From the IMG/VR virus record IMGVR_UViG_3300037149_000094, positions 4,944 to 68,943 of that record: a stretch of 64,000 nucleotides of DNA; one strand, 5' to 3'. The position numbers and the translations under genes are program-made. Numbering within the stretch: the stretch's first letter is position 1; each line of letters starts with the position of its first letter. The stretch is from a virus. Shown piece by piece: positions 25,973 to 34,892 of the stretch. Below the pieces are notes generated by a model. It searched no databases and was not told the DNA's origin. It saw only the letters and a program-made list of their open reading frames with translations.

Positions 25973-26671
25973 ATGGAAACTCTCAAGATCACAAAGGCTG
26001 ATCTAAACGAACGGAACGAATACATCCGCTCACGAGACCTTGAATTTGAAGGCCACATAGAAGTTGATGCTTCGCTCGGCTGGGTCCGAGTGCTCGGCTT
26101 CATTCGCGCGGCGGGTCGCTTGGGCATCAAGGCTGGCTCGGGCATCGAGGCTGGCGAGGGCATCGAGGCTGGCTTGGGCATCGAGGCTGGCTCGGGCATC
26201 GAGGCTGGCTCGGGCATCGAGGCTGGCTTGGGCATCAAGGCTGGCTTGTTGGGCATCAAGGCTGGCTTGGGCATCGAGGCTGGCTTGGGCATCAAGGCTG
26301 GCTTGGGCATCGAGGCTGGCTCGGGCATCGAGGCTGGCTTGGGCATCGAGGCTGGCTTGGGCATCAAGGCTGGCTTGGGCATCAAGGCTGGCTTGGGCAT
26401 CGAGGCTGGCTCGGGCATCAAGGCTGGCTTGGGCATCGAGGCTGGCGAGGGCATCGAGGCTGGCTTGGGCATCGAGGCTGGCTTGGGCATCAAGGCTGGC
26501 TTGGGCATCGAGGCTGGCTCGGGCATCAAGGCAAAGCTAAGGATCTTCGCAGGACTCTGCATCTGGAAGATTCCGAGCAAAGAAGAGATGAGCATTACCG
26601 CTAAGACAATTGAGGGAACGGTAGCTTACGGTGAAGTCAAATTGCTACCGGCCAACACTGAAACGAAGTAG
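25973..26671 (+). CDS. Hexapeptide-repeat (GI-E/K-AG-L/S/E) beta-solenoid protein
   Basis: 23 hexapeptide units between unique N- and C-terminal caps. Confidence 0.75.
   Translation: METLKITKADLNERNEYIRSRDLEFEGHIEVDASLGWVRVLGFIRAAGRLGIKAGSGIEAGEGIEAGLGIEAGSGIEAGSGIEAGLGIKAGLLGIKAGLGIEAGLGIKAGLGIEAGSGIEAGLGIEAGLGIKAGLGIKAGLGIEAGSGIKAGLGIEAGEGIEAGLGIEAGLGIKAGLGIEAGSGIKAKLRIFAGLCIWKIPSKEEMSITAKTIEGTVAYGEVKLLPANTETK
26121..26532 (+). repeat. 18-bp tandem repeat, 23 copies, one with a 3-nt insertion
   Basis: Unit gggcatc(g/a)aggctggct(t/c), read directly. Confidence 0.95.
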
Positions 26672-26781
26672 TAAATGGCAGGGTGTCCTGCCGTGAGGGC
26701 TCTGGCGATAGCGTTGTGGTTTGAGTGATGTGGCGCGAGTCGGAACCTTCACGGGAAGACATTCACCAGGAGACAGGACCC

Positions 26782-26982
26782 ATGGACCGTTGCATAGCTT
26801 GCGATGGATCAGGATGGTTACGCACTCAGCGCGATGTAAGTGCCATCTACGGCAGGACTCAGTTCAACAGCTACTCCCGTCCATGCCCATGCTGCGGGGC
26901 AACCGGGAAGGTCGAGTTACCACCATTCGACCGCAAACAGGCAGCAGCAGGAGATGTACCAGAGTCTCTTGAAAGAGTGTAA
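26782..26982 (+). CDS. DnaJ-type Zn-finger protein (CxxCxGxG twice)
   Basis: CIACDGSG...CPCCGATG; SD AGGAG. Confidence 0.7.
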   Translation: MDRCIACDGSGWLRTQRDVSAIYGRTQFNSYSRPCPCCGATGKVELPPFDRKQAAAGDVPESLERV

Positions 26983-27040
26983 GATGGGCTTGTCAGGTGT
27001 TTCAGCACCGGCAAAGCCTTATCGCCTGGGAGGGCGAATC

Positions 27041-27556
27041 ATGACAAACCCATCTAAGCCACTATACCGCGAAATTCCATTGTCTAACAAAGGAATGGTC
27101 GCGCTTGTCGATTCCGAAGATTATGAACGCTTGGCTATTCAGAAGTGGCGTGCCTGGCAAAGCCCCGTCAGTAAGCTTTGGTATGCAGTTCGGACAGAGA
27201 TCCGACCTGATGGCTCTCGGGGAACTGTCTATATGCACCGCAGGATTATGCGAGTTGAACACGGAGATCCGCGAACGGTTGATCATCGCAAGACTTGCGA
27301 AACCTTGAACAATCAGAAATGCAACCTCCGCTTTGCCACGCTCAATGAGCAAATGCGCAATCAACGTATTCCTTGCGACAACACATCTGGCGTTAAAGGT
27401 GTTGGGTGGGAAGAAGACCGCAAGCGATTCCGCGCCGTCATCACGGTGAACTACAAGCAGATTTTCTTGGGTCGTCGCAAGACCATCGAAGAAGCAGCCG
27501 CTCTCTATCGCGCGGCCCAGATCAAGTACCATGGCGAGTTTGCCAATTTTGACTAA
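27041..27556 (+). CDS. HNH-AP2 homing endonuclease
   Basis: ALVDSEDYE, MHRRIM..VDH....LNN...NLR, NTSGVKGV, AP2 tail FLGR..TIEEAA..Y......HGEFA. Confidence 0.88.
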   Translation: MTNPSKPLYREIPLSNKGMVALVDSEDYERLAIQKWRAWQSPVSKLWYAVRTEIRPDGSRGTVYMHRRIMRVEHGDPRTVDHRKTCETLNNQKCNLRFATLNEQMRNQRIPCDNTSGVKGVGWEEDRKRFRAVITVNYKQIFLGRRKTIEEAAALYRAAQIKYHGEFANFD

Positions 27557-27566
27557 GGAGATTTCC

Positions 27567-28886
27567 ATGAACTACCCTCCACTCCGCCAATCCGCTCGTG
27601 AGACCATGGCTTGCCCCCACGCCTACGGGCTCGTGTACATCCAGGGGATGAAGACTCCCGATACTCTCGCCTCGGCGCGCGGTACGGACATTCATGAAGC
27701 TTTGGCCGAGTACGTGGTCCATTGCGCCAAGAAGCGCGTGCCGGCCGACTTCCTCTATCTTGATTCCATCACCACGTCATCAACCGAAGAGGTAAGCACC
27801 ATTCTTGAGTCCTGCCGGGATAACTTTACCGTGGACTGGCAGAATCTTTTCGGCGCCGAGATCAGTATGGGACTCGACCGCGACTTCCAGCCAACGTGGC
27901 CTGTTGACCATTACGGCAAGACGATAGCCGTTGATCCTATCTGGGGATTTGAGCGCGTCGAAGGTGGCTTCAAGGATACCGCCTACTCTGGCATTCTCGA
28001 TGTAATTTATCTAATGCCTGGCGGGAAGGTGGCAAGAATCGTAGATTTTAAATCACATCCGCGTCCGTTCCCTGCCGACTCATTCCAAGGTAAGTTGTAT
28101 TCACTCATGCTGTTTATGCATCTTCCTGAGTTACAGGAAATAGAATTCGGTCTTCACTTTGTGCGATATGCGAATTTGATAAAAACTCAGAAGTATTACC
28201 GCAGCGATGTTCCAGTGATGATGGAAGCCGTGCGCCGGGAAAGACACCGCCAGCAGGACTATCACCAGAAGTATGAAGAGAGCGGGCTGGATGCACTTCC
28301 CCCCTTTGGATCACCAGCCTGCACATACTGCCCGTGTGCACTGGACCCAATCGGCATCCCCTGCCCCAACGGGGACCTAAATCCCATGCTCAAGAGTCCT
28401 GCCGAGATGCTGAACTGGATGCTCTCGACCGAGGTCCAATTGCGCTCAGTGAAGGACGCGCTGAAGCAGTTCGTTGACGGGACTCAGGAACCAGTTGTGA
28501 GCACCGACGCGAACGGCAAGCACTACATGTACGGCCCGAAGGAAAAGGAGAAGGTCACCTATCCGCTGTTCGAGGGCAGTCTGGAAGAGGGATTCAACAT
28601 GCCGATTCTGGACGCTCTGCTCGATTGGGTACGCGCCAACCCGAAAGACTTGGTTCCGCGCAAGGGAAGCAAACCCTGGTTCAACAACTTGCAGATCGGC
28701 GCGACCAAGCTGAACAGCTATCTCAAGACGAACAAGCGCGAGATCCTGCACAACGCTATTCGCAACTTGGCAATCGTTGAGACGGTCGTGTCGCTTGGAA
28801 TTAGGCGGGACGCCGAGGTTGACGACGGGACCGGATCAGAGCATCGGAACTGGGATGCCAGCGGAGATGAGTTAATCGATTTCTAA
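27567..28886 (+). CDS. PD-(D/E)xK exonuclease, Cas4/AddB-like with Cys cluster
   Basis: CP..Y, RGTDIHEAL, E...., GILD...IVDFKS, Q..LY, CTYC......C. Confidence 0.8.
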   Translation: MNYPPLRQSARETMACPHAYGLVYIQGMKTPDTLASARGTDIHEALAEYVVHCAKKRVPADFLYLDSITTSSTEEVSTILESCRDNFTVDWQNLFGAEISMGLDRDFQPTWPVDHYGKTIAVDPIWGFERVEGGFKDTAYSGILDVIYLMPGGKVARIVDFKSHPRPFPADSFQGKLYSLMLFMHLPELQEIEFGLHFVRYANLIKTQKYYRSDVPVMMEAVRRERHRQQDYHQKYEESGLDALPPFGSPACTYCPCALDPIGIPCPNGDLNPMLKSPAEMLNWMLSTEVQLRSVKDALKQFVDGTQEPVVSTDANGKHYMYGPKEKEKVTYPLFEGSLEEGFNMPILDALLDWVRANPKDLVPRKGSKPWFNNLQIGATKLNSYLKTNKREILHNAIRNLAIVETVVSLGIRRDAEVDDGTGSEHRNWDASGDELIDF

Positions 28887-28890
28887 CAGT

Positions 28891-29028
28891 TTGCGGGGCA
28901 GCACGGAAAGCAGACGTGCAGGAAGTAGGAGCCGACTGACGTGACAGACCGCCTACATGGGAGAAATCCCCTCTCGCGAGATGGTCGTTTGAAGATGTCA
29001 GAGCTGGAGTAGCGACCAGCCCCCGCAA
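28891..29028 (+). ncRNA. tRNA-like structured RNA, copy A
   Basis: 8-bp terminal stem, D-like and T-like hairpins that covary with the copy at 39628. Confidence 0.6.
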
Positions 29029-29072
29029 TTCAATCAATTAATCCGCCTCCCGCCAGAGGCACAAAGGAGAAA

Positions 29073-29657
29073 GTGATGGTCGAAGCATTCCCGCTTTATT
29101 GGCCGGAAGGATGGAAAAGAACCTCATCCTGGCAGCGCACTCACAGCCGCTTCAAGACAGGATTCGCATCGGCGCGAGACTTCCTGATCGCCGAGGTCAA
29201 GCGGCTTGGTGGGACGCAAGTTATCTTGTCCACCAATATTCGGCTGCGGGGCGACGGTCTTCCCTACGCCAGTGAACGCGAGCCGGAAGATGGTGGAGCG
29301 GCGATCTACTTCACCTATAAGAAGAACCAGATGTGCTTTGCCTGTGACCGCTACAAAACCGTCAAAGAGAATCTGACGGCTATCGGAAAGACTATCGAAG
29401 CTCTGCGCGGTATGGAGCGGTGGGGAGCCAGTGACATGATGGAGCGCGCTTTCCGCGGCTTCGCTCAATTGCCAGACAAGACGGGCCGCGACTGGTGGGA
29501 CGTGCTTCAAACTTCCCGCACCAGCGACAAGGAGGCGATCGAGTTCAATTACCGAAGATTGGCTCGTGCACGCCACCCAGACGCAGGAGGAAGCGATGCG
29601 GCTATGTCTGAACTGAACATCGCCCGCGACCAAGCTTTGAAGGAATGCCGTAACTAA
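29073..29657 (+). CDS. J-domain protein (C-terminal J domain)
   Basis: AFPLYWPEGW N-terminus; WWDVL...YRRLARARHPDAGG..AM.ELN.A. Confidence 0.85.
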   Translation: MMVEAFPLYWPEGWKRTSSWQRTHSRFKTGFASARDFLIAEVKRLGGTQVILSTNIRLRGDGLPYASEREPEDGGAAIYFTYKKNQMCFACDRYKTVKENLTAIGKTIEALRGMERWGASDMMERAFRGFAQLPDKTGRDWWDVLQTSRTSDKEAIEFNYRRLARARHPDAGGSDAAMSELNIARDQALKECRN

Positions 29658-29694
29658 CCACCGGCCACCGCCATGGCCAGAAAGCAGAATCACA

Positions 29695-31596
29695 ATGCAA
29701 ATCGCCGCAATCGCTTTGAAGTCATTCGGAATATGCGAAGACACCGACATCGTCTTCGACCAGCCGCTCAACATCCTCGTCGGAGCCCACGCCCAAGGCA
29801 AGACAACCATCGCCAATGCCATCCGCTTGACCTTCACTCAGCGGGCAGGAAAGACCACCGACCGCAAAGGCGGGGGGGCGATGGACAATGTTCGCCTTGG
29901 CGCCAAGAAAGCCGAGATCACGGCCGGCGTGGTGACAGCCAAAGGTTCACTGCAGATTGTCACCACGTATGGGCCCGGCGCATCCCGCAGAAATCAAAGC
30001 ATCCGAGCAGGAGAAGGAAAAGAGGGTGAGAAGAGTCCTGCTGCAGCCTTTGAGCACTTCCTCGACCGGCAGTCCGAGGCACTTTCCTGCGTACTTGATT
30101 CAGCCTACTTTTTCGACGCCAAGACGCCGCAGAAAGACATTCTGGCCGCGTTGATACTGCCTGCATCGCACGAGTTTGACGCGGAAATGGTCGCACTCGT
30201 AGAGAAGCATCTGGGCAAGTTTGTATGGACGAAGAGTCCTGTTGCGGTCATCGACCAGGTGTACAGCGCCGCCTACAGCGCCCGGAAGGATGCCAAGGCC
30301 GCTCTGGGGGCCATCTACATCCCGTCGCAGCCACAGCGGCCCGAATACGACACAGAGTATGTGCAAGAGAAGATCTCCGAGTGCCGCGCAACCGTCGCCA
30401 AAGAGGCCAAGAAGATCAAGGGCGGCGGGACAGTACAGCTCGGACGCATCGAACAGAGTCTGGAGCAGGAGAAAGAGAAACTGGCGACAGCGCAGTCCGA
30501 TTATGCGGAAGCCCGCAAGCGCACTGGCGAGATTGACCAGGCCATCCTCGACGCGCCGAACCTGAAGAAAGCTGAGCGGGCAGCCGCCGGCAGGATTCTC
30601 TGGAACCAGTTGCAGGAGCAGATTCACGAGTTTGTCCGCGAGATCACCGCGCAGCAGGACGCGCAAGAGATTTACCGCGACCTGGGCTCCAATCCGCATT
30701 GCCCAACCTGCACACAGAAGATCACCAAAGAATTCATCGCGTCCAAGATGGCGGAGCACAAGAGCCTGGAGGATGCAGCCAGAGAAGCTAAGGAAGGACT
30801 CGAAGCCGAGCAGCGGGGCCTGGGCGACTTAGCGGAAGCCGAGTCCGTGATTGCCACTCACAAGGCGTTGACCGAGAAGAAGCTTCAGAACGTGCGCGAC
30901 GTGGCTGATGCTGGTGGCCGCATCACGATGTTCGAGAGGTCGGTAGGGGATCTTGAGGCGTCTCTGGCCACAGCCAAAGCGCAAGAGACAGCACCGGCAG
31001 ACACGACGGCTCTCGACACAGCGAACAGTATCCTGAATGGATGGGAAGCGCTCTTGGGTCCTGCGCTGAGCTATGACGCCACCCTCACGCAGATTGAGAG
31101 CGCTCAGAAGCGCCAGCAGGACCAGAAAGCCACGGTGGCTGACCTCGAAACACTGGTGGCCTACTTCGGCGACAAGGGCATCAAAGCGGATCTGATTGCA
31201 GCCGGATCAGCGACATTCATGTCCACAGTAAACGGGGTGCTGGCTGCCTGGGGATACGAGGCCAAACTCTCAGACGAGGCCGACAGTTTCAGTATCCTGA
31301 CGCCGAGCGGATGGTTGCCGACAAAGCAGCTTTCAGGCTTCGAGGAATTCATGTTCAAGGTTGCACTTCAATGTGCGATCGCCGTTCACTCCAAACTGAA
31401 GATCGTGGTGATTGACGAAGCTCAGGACATCATCGACGCCCACAGGACTCGGCTGTTCAAGGCCGTCCAGGGGATGCTGAGAGACGGCTTGCTCGATGAG
31501 GCATTCATCATCATGGCCGACAACCGGGATGCGGTTCCTGCCAAAGAGGGAATCGCCTATTTCCGTATGACGAATGGCACTGCGACGAGGCTCTGA
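29695..31596 (+). CDS. Rad50/SbcC-like SMC-family ATPase
   Basis: Walker A GAHAQGKTT, coiled coils with a CPTC Zn hook, signature LSGFEE, Walker B IVVIDEA. Confidence 0.88.
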   Translation: MQIAAIALKSFGICEDTDIVFDQPLNILVGAHAQGKTTIANAIRLTFTQRAGKTTDRKGGGAMDNVRLGAKKAEITAGVVTAKGSLQIVTTYGPGASRRNQSIRAGEGKEGEKSPAAAFEHFLDRQSEALSCVLDSAYFFDAKTPQKDILAALILPASHEFDAEMVALVEKHLGKFVWTKSPVAVIDQVYSAAYSARKDAKAALGAIYIPSQPQRPEYDTEYVQEKISECRATVAKEAKKIKGGGTVQLGRIEQSLEQEKEKLATAQSDYAEARKRTGEIDQAILDAPNLKKAERAAAGRILWNQLQEQIHEFVREITAQQDAQEIYRDLGSNPHCPTCTQKITKEFIASKMAEHKSLEDAAREAKEGLEAEQRGLGDLAEAESVIATHKALTEKKLQNVRDVADAGGRITMFERSVGDLEASLATAKAQETAPADTTALDTANSILNGWEALLGPALSYDATLTQIESAQKRQQDQKATVADLETLVAYFGDKGIKADLIAAGSATFMSTVNGVLAAWGYEAKLSDEADSFSILTPSGWLPTKQLSGFEEFMFKVALQCAIAVHSKLKIVVIDEAQDIIDAHRTRLFKAVQGMLRDGLLDEAFIIMADNRDAVPAKEGIAYFRMTNGTATRL

Positions 31597-31907
31597 TGGA
31601 TAAAAGCAAATTCAACCTGCATGAAATCCACATTGCCAAAGCGACTCAGCAGTACATGGAATCGCTGAGGGTACTCGGCGTCAATTCTTTCATCGTCGGT
31701 TACTCCCTTTCAGAAAGTGAAGAAGGTGAGGGAGTAGCCCACATGGAAGGCAGATCGCCTATCGTCCTGCACCTCATCGGCGCGCTGATCCACGGTCTGT
31801 GTCCTGAAGACTTCCACGCGCTCCTGGCTGTCATGACGGCTGGAGACTACTACGCGAAGAATCGCGGAGAAAAGCCTAGGCCAGTAAAGAAAGTGATGGT
31901 GAACTGA
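31596..31907 (+). CDS. Hypothetical protein
   Basis: TGATG coupling. Confidence 0.65.
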   Translation: MDKSKFNLHEIHIAKATQQYMESLRVLGVNSFIVGYSLSESEEGEGVAHMEGRSPIVLHLIGALIHGLCPEDFHALLAVMTAGDYYAKNRGEKPRPVKKVMVN

Positions 31908-31908
31908 T

Positions 31909-32478
31909 ATGCCATCCATCAAACCAAGTATCAAGGCCGGCGCTCTCTTCCAGCAGGACGCGCACACCACGTTCATGACGATCACCGGCAGCCGATACCG
32001 GAACATGGTCCTGCGCTGCCAGAAGAAGAAGCTGCCGAGGCCGTCATTCACGCTGGAAGAGTTCAGGCGCGACCTGCTCGACAACGTGATGGGCGGCAAA
32101 GAGGATGCGCCGATCTGCTGCCGGTACTGCCACCGCTGGTTCACGCTGGCCGAGGTTGATGTTGATCACGGGACAGCACTCAGCCGGGGAGGGGAGACAG
32201 GACTCTCGAACATAGACTACCCATGCGCTCAGGACAATGACCGTAAGGGCTCTCTCTCTGTGGCCGAGTACACCGCGCTGCTGGCCTACCTGGATACGGT
32301 TCATCCCCTGGCGCGGAAAGATGTGCTGGTGAGGCTGGAGAAATCGAACAAACTTGCAGCATCGGCAAACAGAGCGCGCGGGCTAATGGCCGAACTGGAC
32401 CGGCTCAAAAAAGGAAAGGAAGCCAAACAGCGGCAGGACTCGGAATACTTCGCCGAGATACCAGCCGACGATTTCTAA
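31909..32478 (+). CDS. HNH endonuclease-family protein
   Basis: CRYC...VDH...LSRGG....N....C..DN..KG. Confidence 0.8.
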   Translation: MPSIKPSIKAGALFQQDAHTTFMTITGSRYRNMVLRCQKKKLPRPSFTLEEFRRDLLDNVMGGKEDAPICCRYCHRWFTLAEVDVDHGTALSRGGETGLSNIDYPCAQDNDRKGSLSVAEYTALLAYLDTVHPLARKDVLVRLEKSNKLAASANRARGLMAELDRLKKGKEAKQRQDSEYFAEIPADDF

Positions 32479-32507
32479 CCTTCAACCCTCCTGAAAGGAG
32501 AACTGCA

Positions 32508-33155
32508 TTGGCAAAGCTGTTGACCAAGATCAACCATTTCTTTGAGGGACGCCGCCGCAAAGCGTTTCTCGTGACCTACACGCACCTGATGACCAAAACT
32601 GAGGAGGGGCGATTCAAGATCGAATTCCGCTTCCCCCTGCTCACCGAAAGCCAACTGGGGATGCACGGGGCAATCGGCGACGTGTATAACATCATGTCCA
32701 AGGATGACTCCAAGATGGGACGCACCGCCCTGAATGTCTTCCTCGACGGCATGACCATCGAAGCGTTCACCACTAGCGACCCGGGGACCAGCAACGAGAA
32801 GAACATCTCCGTCACCGGCGCCAAGATGACCAAACTGACTCTGGTCCCTTCAGGAGAAGGCGAGAAGCGCCAGATCGACCTACATCTCATCGCTTACGTT
32901 CCAGCGGGTCCCGCGCTGCGCGACTGGCTCTACGTCCAGCTCCACAAGGAATTCGGCATCGAAGCAGTCTATTCGCAGTCTGAAATGGAGTTCACCGATG
33001 AGGAATCAGAAGATGGCGATTCCGATTCTGATGATGGTGGCGAGGACGGCGACGAAGAAGAACTCGATCCAGACAACGAACCGGAGCCGATGCCAACCAG
33101 GGCGAAATCAGGACCCAAAGATCTGGCAGCGTTCCATACGAAACAGATTCAATAA
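32508..33155 (+). CDS. Hypothetical protein with acidic C-terminal region
   Basis: TTG start with SD AAAGGAG. Confidence 0.7.
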   Translation: MAKLLTKINHFFEGRRRKAFLVTYTHLMTKTEEGRFKIEFRFPLLTESQLGMHGAIGDVYNIMSKDDSKMGRTALNVFLDGMTIEAFTTSDPGTSNEKNISVTGAKMTKLTLVPSGEGEKRQIDLHLIAYVPAGPALRDWLYVQLHKEFGIEAVYSQSEMEFTDEESEDGDSDSDDGGEDGDEEELDPDNEPEPMPTRAKSGPKDLAAFHTKQIQ

Positions 33156-33158
33156 GAA

Positions 33159-33190
33159 GTCGCGTCCCTTGTGGGCGCGTGGATTGAAAC
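33159..33190 (+). CRISPR. Solitary type I-C CRISPR repeat (no array, no cas operon)
   Basis: GTCGCGTCCCTTGTGGGCGCGTGGATTGAAAC: 32 nt, GTCGC start, internal hairpin, GGATTGAAAC end. Confidence 0.85.
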
Positions 33191-33280
33191 CTGCGGGATA
33201 CTCTGAAGGCTGATCCTGGGACTGTGCGCACGGTTCCGCGCTTTAACCAGCAACCCTTTTTCCTCTGGAGGAAAAATCAA

Positions 33281-33904
33281 ATGTCCACTGAAACAAATCC
33301 CAATGCAGCAACATCCACCGAAAATGAAGTCCCCGTCGTCGGAAGTGCGGTAGTCGTCACCTTCTACAGCGGCAACCAGCAACTATCGAGCGTCGTGGCC
33401 CACGTCCTGGCCATCACCGGCGCCGCGGCCAACCTCGCAACCACAGACGGCCAGCCCGCGCTTACCGTGGCCTACCCGGACCCGAACGCTGATCCTGCGG
33501 TTCTATTAAGCGCAAAGTGGCAGAACGGCTACATCCGCAAGACAGGCGTCGTCCATTACACGCACGATCTGGCGGTCGACGGGAAAGAGTCGATCGTCTG
33601 GGGATATCCGGTCGCCCCGTCCGAGCTCCCCACGCTCATCAAGAGGGATGCGCCGGCAATCAACCCCATTTTCGAGCGTCCTGTAGATGTGGAGGTCCCC
33701 GAGGTTCCGCTGGGACAGGCTGGAGCAGTGACACTCCGGAGCGAGTCTGAGCCAATTACGACAGCAACGGCTCCAGAGACGGCGCAGGACGCTGCAACCG
33801 CAGCATCCGACCAGAACGCTCACAATGCGGCCGTGGCAGCGGACCAGGCTGCACAGGTCGCGGACGCGGCTGCTGCCAATGCGGAGGAAGTGCATAGCAG
33901 CTAG
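33281..33904 (+). CDS. Hypothetical protein, A-rich C-terminus
   Basis: SD GGAGG, inside a hairpin. Confidence 0.7.
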   Translation: MSTETNPNAATSTENEVPVVGSAVVVTFYSGNQQLSSVVAHVLAITGAAANLATTDGQPALTVAYPDPNADPAVLLSAKWQNGYIRKTGVVHYTHDLAVDGKESIVWGYPVAPSELPTLIKRDAPAINPIFERPVDVEVPEVPLGQAGAVTLRSESEPITTATAPETAQDAATAASDQNAHNAAVAADQAAQVADAAAANAEEVHSS

Positions 33905-33943
33905 CCGTGCTACTCTCCGCTTGAGCGTGGGATAGGATTCTGA

Positions 33944-34032
33944 TTGGCGGTCGGGGTCCTGTCAGCGGCACCACGCCGAGCGGTTGCAGAACCCAGGGGC
34001 TTTCCTCCTTTACCTCTGGGTTCTCCCGCCAA
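33944..34032 (+). ncRNA. Putative small RNA with anti-Shine-Dalgarno loop
   Basis: TTGGCGG/CCGCCAA closing stem; 12-bp hairpin with loop CTTTCCTCCTTTA; -10-like boxes upstream. Confidence 0.45.
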
Positions 34033-34109
34033 ATTGGTTACCAAAGATTTCGATATTTCCCTCTTGACAACATATCAACTGATTTTCTCTGACCGCCATC
34101 GGAGGCACC

Positions 34110-34892
34110 GTGGATCGTAAAACGCTAAGAAATTCAGTCCGTCAAATGCAGCCTGTGAGCCTGCCAATCGCTCCTATAATTCTGATTAAAGAAGAGATTC
34201 CGCTTCCTGACAGGTACATCGAGCCCCTTTGGGCGCGAGAACTGGTCAGAGAGTGGGCCAAACGTGAAGAGCTTCTAGCCGTGGGGGCATACCCAACTCA
34301 ATCGATCCTGCTGCGAGGGCCCAGCGGTGTCGGAAAGACTACATCTGCCAGGTGGATCTCAGAGAAGCTCAGCATGGCGCTGTTCTCCATGTCGATGGCA
34401 CGGACAATCGACAGCTATATGGGAAAGACAGGGAGCAATATCGAGGCTGCTCTTCGGTACGGTATCGACTCGCCTGTGATTATTTTGGTCGACGAGATCG
34501 ACGCCATCGCAGCAAATCGATCACAGAAGCATTCAGACGTTGGCGAGATATGGCGAATCACCAACACCTTCATTCAGGAGATGGACCGCTGGCACCAGTC
34601 TCCCAGGAAATCGCTGCTCATCGCCACGACGAATATGGGCAACAGTGACATTGATCCAGCCATTCAACGCAGGTTTGAACTTCAAGTTGAAATTCCACTT
34701 CCGACCGCAAAAGAGCTATCGCGGCTCTCGGGGATCGTATGGCCTGAAGAGTTCATTGTGAGTCATGCCGTGTGCCGCCGGATGGTTCTACAGGCAAAGC
34801 GGCGCTCTGTGCTGGATGATGCCAACTACGAATTGACGCTTGGAGCCATGATTTCGCAGGAAATATCTGCGGGACGGGAGATGCCATTTTGA
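34110..34892 (+). CDS. AAA+ ATPase (classic clade, single domain)
   Basis: GPSGVGKT, ILVDEID, ATTN..DPAIQRRF second region of homology. Confidence 0.88.
   Translation: MDRKTLRNSVRQMQPVSLPIAPIILIKEEIPLPDRYIEPLWARELVREWAKREELLAVGAYPTQSILLRGPSGVGKTTSARWISEKLSMALFSMSMARTIDSYMGKTGSNIEAALRYGIDSPVIILVDEIDAIAANRSQKHSDVGEIWRITNTFIQEMDRWHQSPRKSLLIATTNMGNSDIDPAIQRRFELQVEIPLPTAKELSRLSGIVWPEEFIVSHAVCRRMVLQAKRRSVLDDANYELTLGAMISQEISAGREMPF

Noticed and set aside
22511..26532. Tandem repeats as CRISPR arrays or DGR template/variable repeats
   Set aside because: They are in-frame coding repeats without spacers; no reverse transcriptase and no adenine-specific TR/VR pair seen.
33159..33260. Full CRISPR array or CRISPR-Cas locus
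   Set aside because: Only one repeat found and no cas1/2/3/5/7/8. The Cas4-like nuclease is 4 kb away in a recombination context.
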